Part shown: positions 17,650 through 27,744 of the stretch, piece by piece
How positions within the stretch are numbered: the first letter of the stretch is position 1
Layout: the number at the start of each line of letters is the position of its first letter
From: an uncultured Clostridia bacterium
GTDB lineage: Bacteria > Bacillota > Clostridia > Christensenellales > UBA3700
Length of the DNA: 64,000 nucleotides
Reading direction: 5' to 3'
Assembly (NCBI GenBank): GCA_945872615.1
Contig: CAMBZZ010000001.1
Coordinates: 90,701 to 154,700 of the forward strand
The notes under the pieces: generated by a model
Database searches by the model: none
Told to the model about the DNA's origin: nothing
What the model saw: the letters and a program-made list of their open reading frames with translations, nothing else
Position numbers and translations under genes: made by a program

Positions 17650-19224
17650 TCAGTCTATCATATCAAGATATTCCTCGTACGTTGTCAGTTTATCAAAGGT
17701 CTTGGTGCCGTTGATTTCTATTATTCTGTTTGCCACGGTTTGCATCAACTCTTGGTCGTGCGAAGCAAACAGCATGCTGCCCTTATAGTTTATCATGCCT
17801 TTGTTGAGGGCTTGTATCGACTCTAGGTCGAGGTGATTGGTAGGCTCGTCCAAGATTAAGAAGTTGCCGGCTTGAAGCATTGCCCTTGCCATCATACATC
17901 TCACCTTTTCGCCACCCGACAGCACCTTTGCCTTTTTGAGTGCCTCTTCTCCCGAGAAGAGCATTCTGCCGAGCCAACTTCTTAGGTAACTTTCGGTATT
18001 GTCCTTGCTATATTGGTTGAGCCATTGTACCAAGGTGAGATCGACGCCGTCGAAGAAACTGTCGAAGTTTTGCGGTACGTAACTAGGATTTATCGTCTTA
18101 CCCCATTTTACTATGCCCGCGTCGGGTTGCTCTTTGCCCATTATTACGTCGAACAGCATAGATACCGCAATGGATTTGTCCGACAAAAAGGCAATTTTTT
18201 CTCCCTTTTGCACGGTAAAGCTCACGTCCTCGAAGAAGCCCTTTTTGGTAAGACCTTCCACCGTCAAGGTATCCTTGCCAGGCTCTCCCTCGAAGTCAAA
18301 GTTGATATACGGATACTTTCTACTCGACGGTTTGATGTCCTCCAGAGTAAGCTTTTCGAGTTCCTTTTTGCGCGAAGTTGCTTGCCTCGACTTACTTGCG
18401 TTGGCAGAAAATCTTGCAATGAATTCTTGCAATTCTTTAGCTCTTGCTTCAGCCTTCTTGTTAGCTTCCCTCGCTTGCTTTGCCAGCAGCTGGTTGGTCT
18501 CGTACCAAAAGTCGTAGTTACCCACGAACATATTGATTTGACCGTAGTCCACGTCGCAGATATGCGTACACACCTTGTTGAGGAAGTGACGGTTGTGCGA
18601 CACGATAATGAGGGTGTTTTTGAATTCCATCAAGTATTTCTCCAGCCACATTATCGTCTTGGCGTCGAGGTTGTTGGTAGGCTCGTCGAGTATCAAAATG
18701 TCGGGATTGCCAAACAAGGCTTGCGCAAGCAAGATCTTGACTTTTTGCTTACCGTCGAGTTCGCTCATCAACATATAGTGGTATTCTTCGCCAAACTTGA
18801 GTTCGTTGAGTAGCGACGCCGCGTCGCTTTCTGCTTCCCAACCGCCGAGTTCGGCAAACTCTTCTTCGAGTTTGGACGCCTTGAGCCCGTCGGCTTCGTC
18901 AAAGTCCTCCTTGCAATACAATGCGTCCTTTTCGTCCATAATCTCCACCAAGCGTTTGTGCCCCATCAACACCGTTCTCAACACGGTGCAGTCGTCGTAC
19001 TTGTTTTGGTTTTGTTCCAGCACGCTTATTCTTTGATTTTTGCCAATGGACACCGTACCTCTGGTTGGCTCGAGTTCTCCCGACAAAATTTTGAGGAAGG
19101 TGGACTTACCCGCTCCGTTAGCGCCTATTACGCCGTAGCAGTTGCCCTCGGTAAACTTGAGGTTGACGTCCTCGAAGAGTTTTCTTCCTCCGAATTGCAA
19201 ATAAAGGTCGTTGACTTGTAACAT
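17650..19224 (-). CDS. ABC-F family ATPase, YbiT-like
   Basis: 524 aa with two ABC cassettes (GANGAGKST; LSGGEK; second Walker region) and no TM domain. The N-terminus closely parallels YbiT-type ABC-F proteins. Confidence 0.85.
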   Translation of the reverse strand: MLQVNDLYLQFGGRKLFEDVNLKFTEGNCYGVIGANGAGKSTFLKILSGELEPTRGTVSIGKNQRISVLEQNQNKYDDCTVLRTVLMGHKRLVEIMDEKDALYCKEDFDEADGLKASKLEEEFAELGGWEAESDAASLLNELKFGEEYHYMLMSELDGKQKVKILLAQALFGNPDILILDEPTNNLDAKTIMWLEKYLMEFKNTLIIVSHNRHFLNKVCTHICDVDYGQINMFVGNYDFWYETNQLLAKQAREANKKAEARAKELQEFIARFSANASKSRQATSRKKELEKLTLEDIKPSSRKYPYINFDFEGEPGKDTLTVEGLTKKGFFEDVSFTVQKGEKIAFLSDKSIAVSMLFDVIMGKEQPDAGIVKWGKTINPSYVPQNFDSFFDGVDLTLVQWLNQYSKDNTESYLRSWLGRMLFSGEEALKKAKVLSGGEKVRCMMARAMLQAGNFLILDEPTNHLDLESIQALNKGMINYKGSMLFASHDQELMQTVANRIIEINGTKTFDKLTTYEEYLDMID

Positions 19225-19505
19225 TTGTTGCTCCTATCTTATATTCTTGTTATTATTGTTATTTCGTTGTTATTTTTGTATTATCGTTTTTCGTTGCCTC
19301 TTAGGGCAACGCGGTTTTAGGCACTCCCGTCTTTGCCTTATTTTCGATATAGTTATCTTCGCTCTTTGACTTGTCTTCGTCAAAGGTTTAGTTTACACTT
19401 TTTGACTTGTTTTTAGTTGTCTTGTTGTCGCTACACTCAATCTTTGCTCGCAACGAGATAGTTCTGAGATAGCGTTTTAACCGACACGTATCGACTTTTC
19501 GCCGT

Positions 19506-19994
19506 TTATCGTATAGGCGAGCCTTGAAGACTACTGCCTATCGCCACCGCATAGCCGTAGCAATATAGTCTCAGTTCCGCGCCGCTTTCCTCTACTTCGA
19601 ATGCAAGTTTTATATCCTGCGTTTCGCCATTTTTGGCTTTGATTTTACTTGCAAGACAACCGTCTATCGTCTTATCGGGCGATACTCCGCTAAGGTCGAA
19701 GTCACTCGGCGCAATATTTTTGTCTTTTAGCGCGGTTACCTCTATCGTCACCACCGCCCATATATTGCCTTCGCTTGCGCTCTTGCCGTCTATATTCCTT
19801 GCGAAGTCCACGCTCTCTACCGACCACCGCATACCGCTACTGTCGTTGACTTGACCGATATAGCTCTTATCCCATCTGCTCTTGTCGTTTTTCTCTACGA
19901 GATATATCGTCAAAAATACCGCCGTCACTACTATCAGCGTCACTATTACGAGCATAGCTATTTTTAGTTTTTTGTTGTCTTTGATTGTACTCAA
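19506..19994 (-). CDS. Membrane-anchored hypothetical protein, DUF4352-like
   Basis: 162 aa with one N-terminal TM helix and a beta-rich ectodomain. The start is a TTG, so the start position is uncertain. Confidence 0.5.
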   Translation of the reverse strand: MSTIKDNKKLKIAMLVIVTLIVVTAVFLTIYLVEKNDKSRWDKSYIGQVNDSSGMRWSVESVDFARNIDGKSASEGNIWAVVTIEVTALKDKNIAPSDFDLSGVSPDKTIDGCLASKIKAKNGETQDIKLAFEVEESGAELRLYCYGYAVAIGSSLQGSPIR

Positions 19995-20218
19995 TTAGTC
20001 ACTTATCTTCCTTTTTGGGTTTAGTAAGTTTAGCGTAGTTTTGCTTTTTTACGCTTTCTTATTTTGATTTGCGTCGTACTTTTTAGCCGTTATCACGCTA
20101 TCCTTATTTTTAGTTGTCGGTCGTACTTTTTGCCTATATTCGCTCTTTATTCGTGCTTGGTTATCTGCAAAACACGACTTTGACGACTCGGCTTTTCTAT
20201 CCGACTTGGTTTGTCGCT

Positions 20219-21517
20219 TTATTTACTCGATTTGACTTGCTTTTTGATACGCGCGGTAATTTTCTCTGCCATAGAGTAAATTTTGTCCACGCTCTCGCCC
20301 ACGAAGTACTCGCCCTTTTCGTACTTGATTTCTCCCGCTACCATCGTCATCAACACGTCGGCTTTGCTTCCTGCGTACACCACGTTTTTGACTATATTGT
20401 TGATAGGTCGCATATTAGGCTTGCTAAGGTCTATCACGCATAGGTCGGCTCGTGCGCCCACGTATAGTCCGTCCAAGTCTTTGAGCCCCATTGCCTTAGC
20501 CGAGCCTTTGGTAGCCATATCCAGTACTACGTCGGCGGGCAAAGCGGATGCGTCGTTATTTATATACTTTTGCAAGGTGGTTGCAAGGTAAGTCTCTCTC
20601 AACATATCCAGGCTGTTGTTGCTTGCCGCTCCGTCGGTGCCAAGTCCTATATTGACGCCCTTTTTCCTAAGTTTCTCGAGAGGCGCGATACCGCTTGCAA
20701 GTTTTAGATTGCTGGCGGGACAACTCACCACGTTAGCCCCAGTCTCGGCTATTATATCTATATCCTCGTCAGACAAATGCACGCAATGATATAGCGTAGC
20801 GCCATTGGCAAACGCACCCATATCGTACATGAGCTTTATTGGCGACTTTCCGTACTTCTCGATACAGTTTTCTACTTCCGACTTGGTCTCGGATATATGC
20901 ATACACACGGGCATTTCGTTTTGCTTAGCATAATCGACAAATGCCTCTATATTGCTTAGGTCGTTGGTGTATTCGGCGTGCAAACCCAGTCTATATTCTA
21001 TTAGTCCGCCTTTGCCGTCAAGATTTCTTCTACCTTCGTCTAGCCTAGCCCACATCTTGTCCTTAGGTCCGTTGCCTTGCGTTATTCCTTCCATAATGAC
21101 GTTGCGCATACCGCTGTCAACGAATGCACCGGTAATGTCGTCTAAGAAAAAGTACATATCGCTGACTGCGCTGATACCGCTAGACAAATACTCCAAAATC
21201 GCAAGCCTGCTAAGCCAATAGCAGTCCTCTCCCGTAAGGCAAGCCTCGTAAGGGAAAACCTTGTCGAAGAGCCACCTATCGAGTGGCAAATCGTCGGCAA
21301 ACGACCTTAGGAAGGTCATAGGCGAATGGGCGTGCGCGTCCTTGAAGGACGGCATCACCAGATTGCCCTGCATATCAATCTCCCTATCCCACGGCTTGAG
21401 AATAAGCGGCGAGCATTGTGACAAAAAGGTGATTTTTCCCTCTTCTACCCACATTTCTCCGTCAACTACGCCGTGCTCGGCAGTCAATATTTTTGCATTG
21501 TAGATTCTATACTTCAT
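20219..21517 (-). CDS. mtaD: Amidohydrolase, 5-methylthioadenosine/S-adenosylhomocysteine deaminase-like
   Basis: 432 aa with the metal-binding HxH motif (DAHAHS). HISE and GTDG motifs are typical of the MtaD/SsnA/guanine deaminase group. Confidence 0.7.
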   Translation of the reverse strand: MKYRIYNAKILTAEHGVVDGEMWVEEGKITFLSQCSPLILKPWDREIDMQGNLVMPSFKDAHAHSPMTFLRSFADDLPLDRWLFDKVFPYEACLTGEDCYWLSRLAILEYLSSGISAVSDMYFFLDDITGAFVDSGMRNVIMEGITQGNGPKDKMWARLDEGRRNLDGKGGLIEYRLGLHAEYTNDLSNIEAFVDYAKQNEMPVCMHISETKSEVENCIEKYGKSPIKLMYDMGAFANGATLYHCVHLSDEDIDIIAETGANVVSCPASNLKLASGIAPLEKLRKKGVNIGLGTDGAASNNSLDMLRETYLATTLQKYINNDASALPADVVLDMATKGSAKAMGLKDLDGLYVGARADLCVIDLSKPNMRPINNIVKNVVYAGSKADVLMTMVAGEIKYEKGEYFVGESVDKIYSMAEKITARIKKQVKSSK

Positions 21518-21717
21518 TTCTTTTCCGTTTCGTCTATTTTGTTAGACGTCTAATTGGTTAGATGATCAACCTTAGTCTTATACGCCAATATATTTGCGTT
21601 ATTATCGTTGGCGATAGTTTTTATCGGGTAGACGATTGTGCCTTCCGAATAGTCGACTAAGTTTTAGATAACAATCCAAGTACTTTTTAGATATAATATC
21701 TTGTTTTTGAGCGTTTT

Positions 21718-22545
21718 TTACACGGTAGGCAATCTTATTATCGTCTCTCTAATGAGAAGTCCCAACTTCTCTCCCGCTATATCGGCGGCGTGTTGCACGT
21801 CGACGTGCGAAAGCGTGCCTTGAGACAGACCTGCGGCGGGATTGGTGATACAAGATATTCCCAACACTTGCATACCGATATGTCTTGCGGCAATTACCTC
21901 AACAGTGGTACTCATACCAACCGCGTCCGCGCCCATATTACGCGCCATTCTTATCTCGGCGGGCGTCTCGAACTGCGGTCCGTAGAATTGCATATACACG
22001 CCTTGCTTGAGGTCGATACCGTTCTCTTCCGCTACACTTTTTGCAATATCGGCAAGTTGTCGTGAGTAGGCTTGGGTCATATCGGGGAACCTAACCCCCA
22101 TATCTTCGTAGTTGGTACCGATGAGCGGCGAAGCAACCATACTCGAAATATGGTCGGTGATTAGCATAAGCGTGCCTATCTCTTTGTAACTTATTCCGCC
22201 CGCGGCGTTGGTAACTACGAGATACTTGGCGCCCGTCTTAGCCATAAGCCTAATAGGCATAACGACTTCTTGGGCGGTGTAGCCCTCGTACATATGCAAT
22301 CTTCCTTGCATAGCCACGACGGGGACCTCTCCTATATAGCCGAACACGAACTGTCCTACGTGTCCCTCGACGGTACTGCGTGGCATACCCTCTATTTGGC
22401 TGTAAGGCAAAGTCTTAACAACCTCGATGGATTGCGCAAAGCCGCCCAATCCCGAGCCGAGTACTATGCCTACTTTTGGCTCGAAGTCGACTTGTTCCTT
22501 CAAACTTGCGTAAGCCTTGTCTAGTTGTATCTTCCACTCTTGCAT
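21718..22545 (-). CDS. punA: Purine nucleoside phosphorylase (PunA-type, trimeric family)
   Basis: 275 aa from the ATG at 22545, preceded by a GGGGAAAG RBS. GSGLGG and GMSTVxE motifs are present. The upstream 86 codons of the ORF-track entry look non-coding. Confidence 0.8.
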   Translation of the reverse strand: MQEWKIQLDKAYASLKEQVDFEPKVGIVLGSGLGGFAQSIEVVKTLPYSQIEGMPRSTVEGHVGQFVFGYIGEVPVVAMQGRLHMYEGYTAQEVVMPIRLMAKTGAKYLVVTNAAGGISYKEIGTLMLITDHISSMVASPLIGTNYEDMGVRFPDMTQAYSRQLADIAKSVAEENGIDLKQGVYMQFYGPQFETPAEIRMARNMGADAVGMSTTVEVIAARHIGMQVLGISCITNPAAGLSQGTLSHVDVQHAADIAGEKLGLLIRETIIRLPTV

Positions 22546-22931
22546 AATCTTTCCCCTTATAAAATTTTGCCCGATTGCTATAGCACAATATATTGCGACA
22601 GCGTTGACTATACGCCGATTGATTGCGCATAAATCACGCATACTACGCGCAGTACGATGCGCACTCTGATTGTATAGCTCAAAACGTTGCCCGCGTATCA
22701 CGCAAAATCCACCCGCAATATAACAACCTCGCGACGCTATATAAACCGATACGTATCGACTTTTTGCACCTTTTGTACCATTCGTGCACGCGCCCGCCCA
22801 CAATAAAAGTCTCTTGTCAGGCGGGTCTCGCTATTGTCTAACTCACCTAATCGTCGCATTGATTTTTAGTGCGAGGCAGAGGCTTTGATATGCGCGTGCG
22901 TCAATGCGCCTCTATGGCGTTATCCTTAGCG

Positions 22932-23516
22932 TTATTTAGTAAAGATTTGTCTGCTACCCGGTTTGACGAGAGGGAGGTTGCCTTCTTTGCAAATAGGACA
23001 ATCTTCAGGCTCGTAGGATACGACGTCCATGCTGATGAGGTTGACGAACTTGACCCCGAAGTCTACCTTGCCGTTGCTTCTGTCGACGATTGAAGCGACA
23101 GCAGTAACTTCCGCACCCATAGATTGCATCAGAGCGATAACTTCTTTGACCGAGCCGCCCGTAGTAACTACGTCCTCGCACACGATAACCTTGGTGCCCG
23201 GCTCTACGCTAAAGCCTCTGCGCAACGTCATCTCACCGTTCTCTCTCTCGGCAAAGATATTAGGTTTACCAAGCTGTCTAGCCACCTCGTATCCCATGAG
23301 AATACCGCCGATAGCAGGCGAAATAACCAAGTCCACCTCGGTACCTTGCAACTTCTCGGCAAGTCCTTTGCACAAAGCTTCGCTGTACTCGGGATTGACG
23401 AATACCTTAGCACTCTGCATATAAGTGTCCGAGTGTCTACCCGAAGTCAGACGAAAATGTCCTTTGAGGATTGCTCCCGTCTTTTTGTAAATTTCCAATG
23501 CTTCTTGTTGGGTCAT
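22932..23516 (-). CDS. pyrE: Orotate phosphoribosyltransferase
   Basis: 194 aa with the PRPP-binding motif [13 protein letters not shown]. Lies in a pyr context. Confidence 0.9.
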   Translation of the reverse strand: MTQQEALEIYKKTGAILKGHFRLTSGRHSDTYMQSAKVFVNPEYSEALCKGLAEKLQGTEVDLVISPAIGGILMGYEVARQLGKPNIFAERENGEMTLRRGFSVEPGTKVIVCEDVVTTGGSVKEVIALMQSMGAEVTAVASIVDRSNGKVDFGVKFVNLISMDVVSYEPEDCPICKEGNLPLVKPGSRQIFTK

Positions 23517-23901
23517 AGTTTACTCCTTTTTATTCTTGATGTCGTATATTTTTGTTTGTTTTTGCTTTGATTTGTTTGTTTTTGCTTTGATATTGTCTAA
23601 TATTTGGCAGTCGGTCTTTGCTTGGGTCAGCGACATTTTCCCAGGTCGCCAGGCGATATATTATAATATCGTCTATTCTGCTGAATAGTTATCTATTATA
23701 ATAATATCCTTTTTGCGTGTTGTTATAGAGCCGATTAGTGCAATATAGCACGTTGCTTACCTACTCGCTCCCGCGCTCGACCAAACACCGCTATCATCGA
23801 TATACTATCTTGCTCGTTGCTAGGTTTTATTTTTTGCTTTGCTCGAAGATGCAGTCGACCGCTGTGCATGCCTATCGTGTAGAGCTGAAAAGTTGACTTC
23901 G

Positions 23902-24810
23902 TCAGCCGTTGACGATAAGGCTACCCACCAAGTCGTTGACGTCCATATCTTGCGCCTTGACGTACTCTTCCAAGTCCTTGACGATATTGTACGCGCCCAT
24001 TGGCTCGGTGAAGTTGTAGGTGCCCACTTGCACCGCCCTTGCTCCGCATATCATAAACTCGAGCACGTCGGTATAACTCTGAACACCTCCCATGCCTATG
24101 ATAGGTATCTTGACGGCGTTGAAGCAGTCCCACACCATCTTGAGTGCGACGGGTTTGACGCACGCACCGCTAAGTCCGCCGTGGTTGTTGTATAGGATAG
24201 GACGGCGGGTCTTGTAGTTGATTGCCATTGCCGATAGGGTGTTGATGAGAGATATTCCGTCGGCTCCGCCCGCTTCCGCCGCCCTCGCGTTGTCGGCTAT
24301 GCACGACACGTTGGGACTGAGCTTGGTGATGACGGGCTTTTTGCACACGTCCTTGACTGCCCTGGTTACCCTCTCTACGCTCTCGGGCAGTATTCCGAAA
24401 GCCATTCCGCCCGCCTTGACGTTGGGACAAGATATGTTGAGTTCTACCATTTGCGCCTTGCTCTCGTTGATTTTTTCGCCCATTGCGATATAGTCCTCGA
24501 GGCACGCTCCCGCCACGTTGGCGATAACTACCACGTCTTCTTTTGCCAATCTGACGTCGTCCTCGGCAAGATAGTGGTCGATGCCGGGGTTTTGGAGCCC
24601 CACGCTGTTGATTATGCCCGACCTAGTTTCGGCAATGCGTGGCGGTGGATTGCCTAACTTTGGATTGAGCGTCAAACCTTTGGTACATATTCCGCCCAAA
24701 GCCGACAGCGGATAGAATTGAGAATACTCTTTGCCAAAGCCAAAAGTACCGCTTGCCGTGATGATAGGATTTTTGAACTCTACACCCGCGATATTTACCT
24801 TGAGATTCAT
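23902..24810 (-). CDS. pyrD: Dihydroorotate dehydrogenase B, catalytic subunit
   Basis: 302 aa from the ATG at 24810 (MNLKVNIAGVEFKNPIITASGTFGFG). Overlaps the pyrK stop by 4 nt. Confidence 0.9.
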   Translation of the reverse strand: MNLKVNIAGVEFKNPIITASGTFGFGKEYSQFYPLSALGGICTKGLTLNPKLGNPPPRIAETRSGIINSVGLQNPGIDHYLAEDDVRLAKEDVVVIANVAGACLEDYIAMGEKINESKAQMVELNISCPNVKAGGMAFGILPESVERVTRAVKDVCKKPVITKLSPNVSCIADNARAAEAGGADGISLINTLSAMAINYKTRRPILYNNHGGLSGACVKPVALKMVWDCFNAVKIPIIGMGGVQSYTDVLEFMICGARAVQVGTYNFTEPMGAYNIVKDLEEYVKAQDMDVNDLVGSLIVNG

Positions 24811-25583
24811 AGTACCACCTCCGACAATTTGAACACGGGACCGTCCTTGCAAACTCGATAATAACCTTGCTTGCCGTCCCTCTCTATCATACAGTTGCAC
24901 ACGAGGCACGCACCTATACCGCAACCCATTCTTTGTTCCAAAGATATATATACGGGAATATCCACGTCCGCAAGCGCTCTTTTGAGTGCCTTGTACATTA
25001 CCTCGGGTCCGCAACAAAATACCGCCTCGACTCCCGACTTGATTATATCCTCCTTAGCCACGTCGGTGACGAAGCCCTTGCGACCGTAACTGCCGTTGTC
25101 GGTGGCTACCACGACCTCGGAACACAAACTACGCAGTCTATCTTCTAACACCGCCTTGCTCTTGTCGGCAAAGCCGAGATAGCATACGCAATCTACCCCC
25201 TCGCTACGCCTTGCCACGGCGGGGAGCACCGCACTACCCATACCGCCGCCCACAAGCATTATCTTAGAATACTTGCCGCGAGGGTCCCAGCCGTTGCCGA
25301 GCGGCAGGGTTGCCTTGAGAACTTCTCCCGTCTTGACGTGCGACAGCGTCTCGGTGCCTTTGCCTACTACGGCGTAACATATAGTAAAACTCTTGCGCCT
25401 CTCGTCAAAGTCACATAGGCAGAACGGGCGTCTTAGCAACGTATCGCTAGTCGGAAGTTTGATATTGACGAACTGCCCGCCCAATATATCGTCCACTCTA
25501 TCGGTAGACAGCTCCATCTCAAAAATGCCGTCCGCAACAGCCTTGTTGGATAATACGGTACAACTTGTTTCTCTTATAGACAT
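24807..25583 (-). CDS. pyrK: Dihydroorotate dehydrogenase B, electron-transfer subunit
   Basis: 258 aa from the ATG at 25583. FAD/NAD-binding fold with a C-terminal CGxGxCxxC 2Fe-2S motif (MGCGIGACLVCNC). Confidence 0.85.
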   Translation of the reverse strand: MSIRETSCTVLSNKAVADGIFEMELSTDRVDDILGGQFVNIKLPTSDTLLRRPFCLCDFDERRKSFTICYAVVGKGTETLSHVKTGEVLKATLPLGNGWDPRGKYSKIMLVGGGMGSAVLPAVARRSEGVDCVCYLGFADKSKAVLEDRLRSLCSEVVVATDNGSYGRKGFVTDVAKEDIIKSGVEAVFCCGPEVMYKALKRALADVDIPVYISLEQRMGCGIGACLVCNCMIERDGKQGYYRVCKDGPVFKLSEVVL

Positions 25584-26473
25584 CTCGTAATATCCTTCTT
25601 CATATCGATAGCCGCGGTAAGTGCCGCTTGTTTGTAGTCCATTCCCGCATATTGAGGCTTGCGATACGCGCACAAAATACCTCTCGACGAATTGACTATA
25701 CCTCCCATTTTGTTTTCGAAGCACACGGCGAGGTCTTCCGCCTTGCCGCCTTGCGCTCCGTATCCCGGAATGAGGAAAAACATATTAGGGTGAGCCTTGC
25801 GGATTGCTTGCGCTTGCTCTTTGTGAGTTGCGCCCACTACTCCGCCTATACTGCTGTAGCCGTACTTGCCGACGAGCTCTGCGCCCCAACCGTCCACGAG
25901 AGTAGCCATATTGTCGTACAGCGTCTTGCCGTTGTCCATAATCTTGTCTTGCAACTCTCCGCTAGTCGGGTTGGAGGTCTTGACGAGGGCAAATAAGCCT
26001 TTGTCGTACTTTTTGCAATCTTCTACGAAAGGCAAAATGCCGTCGCTGCCGAGATAGCCGTTGACGGTGATAAAGTCACTCTCGTAAGGGGTAACCTCCC
26101 CGCCCGCAAGCTTGCATTTGCCTATATATCCCTTGCTATACGCAGCGGCGGTACTACCTATATCGTTACGCTTGACGTCGGCGATGACGATTAGTCCGTT
26201 GCTCCTTGCATAGGCGATAGTATCTCTAAAGGCTTTCATACCCTCGACGCCGTACATCTCGTAATACGCCACTTGCACTTTGACGGCGGGTATTACGTCT
26301 TTGAGAGTGTCGATGAGGTCGAAGTTGAACTTGGTGATTTGTTTGCCCGCTTCTTCTAGGGTCGTGCAAACCTCTTGCATCTCTTGCGGGAGATAATCTA
26401 TACAAGTGTCAAGTCCTATGACGGAGGGATTGCCCGTCAGTTGAATTTTGTCTATAAGTGCGTCGATAATCAT
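25574..26473 (-). CDS. pyrF: Orotidine-5'-phosphate decarboxylase (type 2)
   Basis: 299 aa, the long-form PyrF (DVKRNDIGSTA motif). Lies in the pyr operon. Confidence 0.85.
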   Translation of the reverse strand: MIIDALIDKIQLTGNPSVIGLDTCIDYLPQEMQEVCTTLEEAGKQITKFNFDLIDTLKDVIPAVKVQVAYYEMYGVEGMKAFRDTIAYARSNGLIVIADVKRNDIGSTAAAYSKGYIGKCKLAGGEVTPYESDFITVNGYLGSDGILPFVEDCKKYDKGLFALVKTSNPTSGELQDKIMDNGKTLYDNMATLVDGWGAELVGKYGYSSIGGVVGATHKEQAQAIRKAHPNMFFLIPGYGAQGGKAEDLAVCFENKMGGIVNSSRGILCAYRKPQYAGMDYKQAALTAAIDMKKDITRCL

Positions 26474-27741
26474 TGTACGTCCTCGCTTTGGTATTTTATT
26501 TTTCCGCCTACGACGGTGTATTTGACTTTGCCCTTGACGACGAAACCGTCAAAAGGAGTATTCTTGCCCTTAGAATAGAACTTGCTGCCGTCTATCGTAT
26601 ACTTGGCGTCTAGGTCGACGAGCGTCAAGTCGGCAAGTCCGCCCACCTCGATTTGACCGTAAGGAATGCCCACGATTTCGGCAGGGGTCTTGGTCATAAG
26701 CCCGGACAACTTGTCCAAACTCATAATGCCGCTGTCCACTAGGTAGGTGTAGCACAGCGCGAATGCCGTCTCTATACCCGAAATGCCGTTGGCGGCAAAG
26801 TTGAACTCGCAATTTTTGTCCTCTTTAGTGTGAGGCGCGTGGTCGGTGGCGATACAATCTATAGTGCCGTCGGCAAGTCCCGCAATAACCGCTTGTCTAT
26901 CTTTTTCTTCTCTTAGCGGTGGATTGACCTTAGCCATAGTATTGTAGCCCGCAACGAGATCGTCGGTGCCCGCGATATAGTGCGGACAAGTCTCCGCCGT
27001 CACTTTGACGCCCCTTGCCTTGGCTTCTCGTATGAGTTGAACTCCGCTAGCCGTACTTACGTGCGCTATATGCACGCGCGTGCCTAACATCTCTGCGAGT
27101 ATTATTTCTCTTGCAATCATTACGTCTTCGGCTGCGCTAGGAATTCCTTTGAGCCCAAACCGCGTAGAATTGTAGCCCTCGTTCATAACGCCTTCGCCCA
27201 CCAGTCCTTTGTCCTCGCAATGACTGATGAGAAGCAGATTGAAGTCCTTGGCATATTCGAGAGCCAATCTCATCATTTGAGCAGTCGTTACGGGTTGTCC
27301 GTCGTCGCTCATTGCAACCGCGCCCGCACTCTTCATCTTGCCCATCTCCGCCATAGTTTCGCCCTTGAGCCCTACGCTGATGGCGCCTATAGGATATACG
27401 CGCGCCTTGTCGGCTTCTTTGGCTCTGTCTATGATATACTTGACGATATAAGGATTGTCTGTTACGGGCTTGGTGTTGGGCATACAGCATACGCTGGCGT
27501 AGCCTCCCGCAACTGCCGCCATACTGCCCGTGGCAATAGTCTCTTTGCCCTCGAAGCCGGGCTCTCTGAGATGGGTGTGCATATCCACGAAAGCCGGCAA
27601 CAACGTCAAACCGTCGGCTTGGATAACCCCGCAACCGTCGATATACTCGTCTATCTTGCCTATTGCGACTATTCTGTCGCCCTCAATCAATACGTCGGCT
27701 TTTTTGCCTAAAATATTTGCGTTTTTGATACAAAGTCCCAT
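26470..27741 (-). CDS. pyrC: Dihydroorotase
   Basis: 423 aa with DMHTHLREPG and DHAPH motifs. Confidence 0.9.
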   Translation of the reverse strand: MGLCIKNANILGKKADVLIEGDRIVAIGKIDEYIDGCGVIQADGLTLLPAFVDMHTHLREPGFEGKETIATGSMAAVAGGYASVCCMPNTKPVTDNPYIVKYIIDRAKEADKARVYPIGAISVGLKGETMAEMGKMKSAGAVAMSDDGQPVTTAQMMRLALEYAKDFNLLLISHCEDKGLVGEGVMNEGYNSTRFGLKGIPSAAEDVMIAREIILAEMLGTRVHIAHVSTASGVQLIREAKARGVKVTAETCPHYIAGTDDLVAGYNTMAKVNPPLREEKDRQAVIAGLADGTIDCIATDHAPHTKEDKNCEFNFAANGISGIETAFALCYTYLVDSGIMSLDKLSGLMTKTPAEIVGIPYGQIEVGGLADLTLVDLDAKYTIDGSKFYSKGKNTPFDGFVVKGKVKYTVVGGKIKYQSEDVQ

Positions 27742-27744
27742 ATT

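Noticed and set aside
17650-19224. ABC-F protein as an antibiotic-resistance (ARE) ribosome-protection factor with a leader-peptide attenuator
   Set aside because: The N-terminal sequence and length match the housekeeping YbiT-type ABC-F proteins. I could not identify a leader peptide or a terminator/antiterminator pair in the 280-nt upstream spacer.
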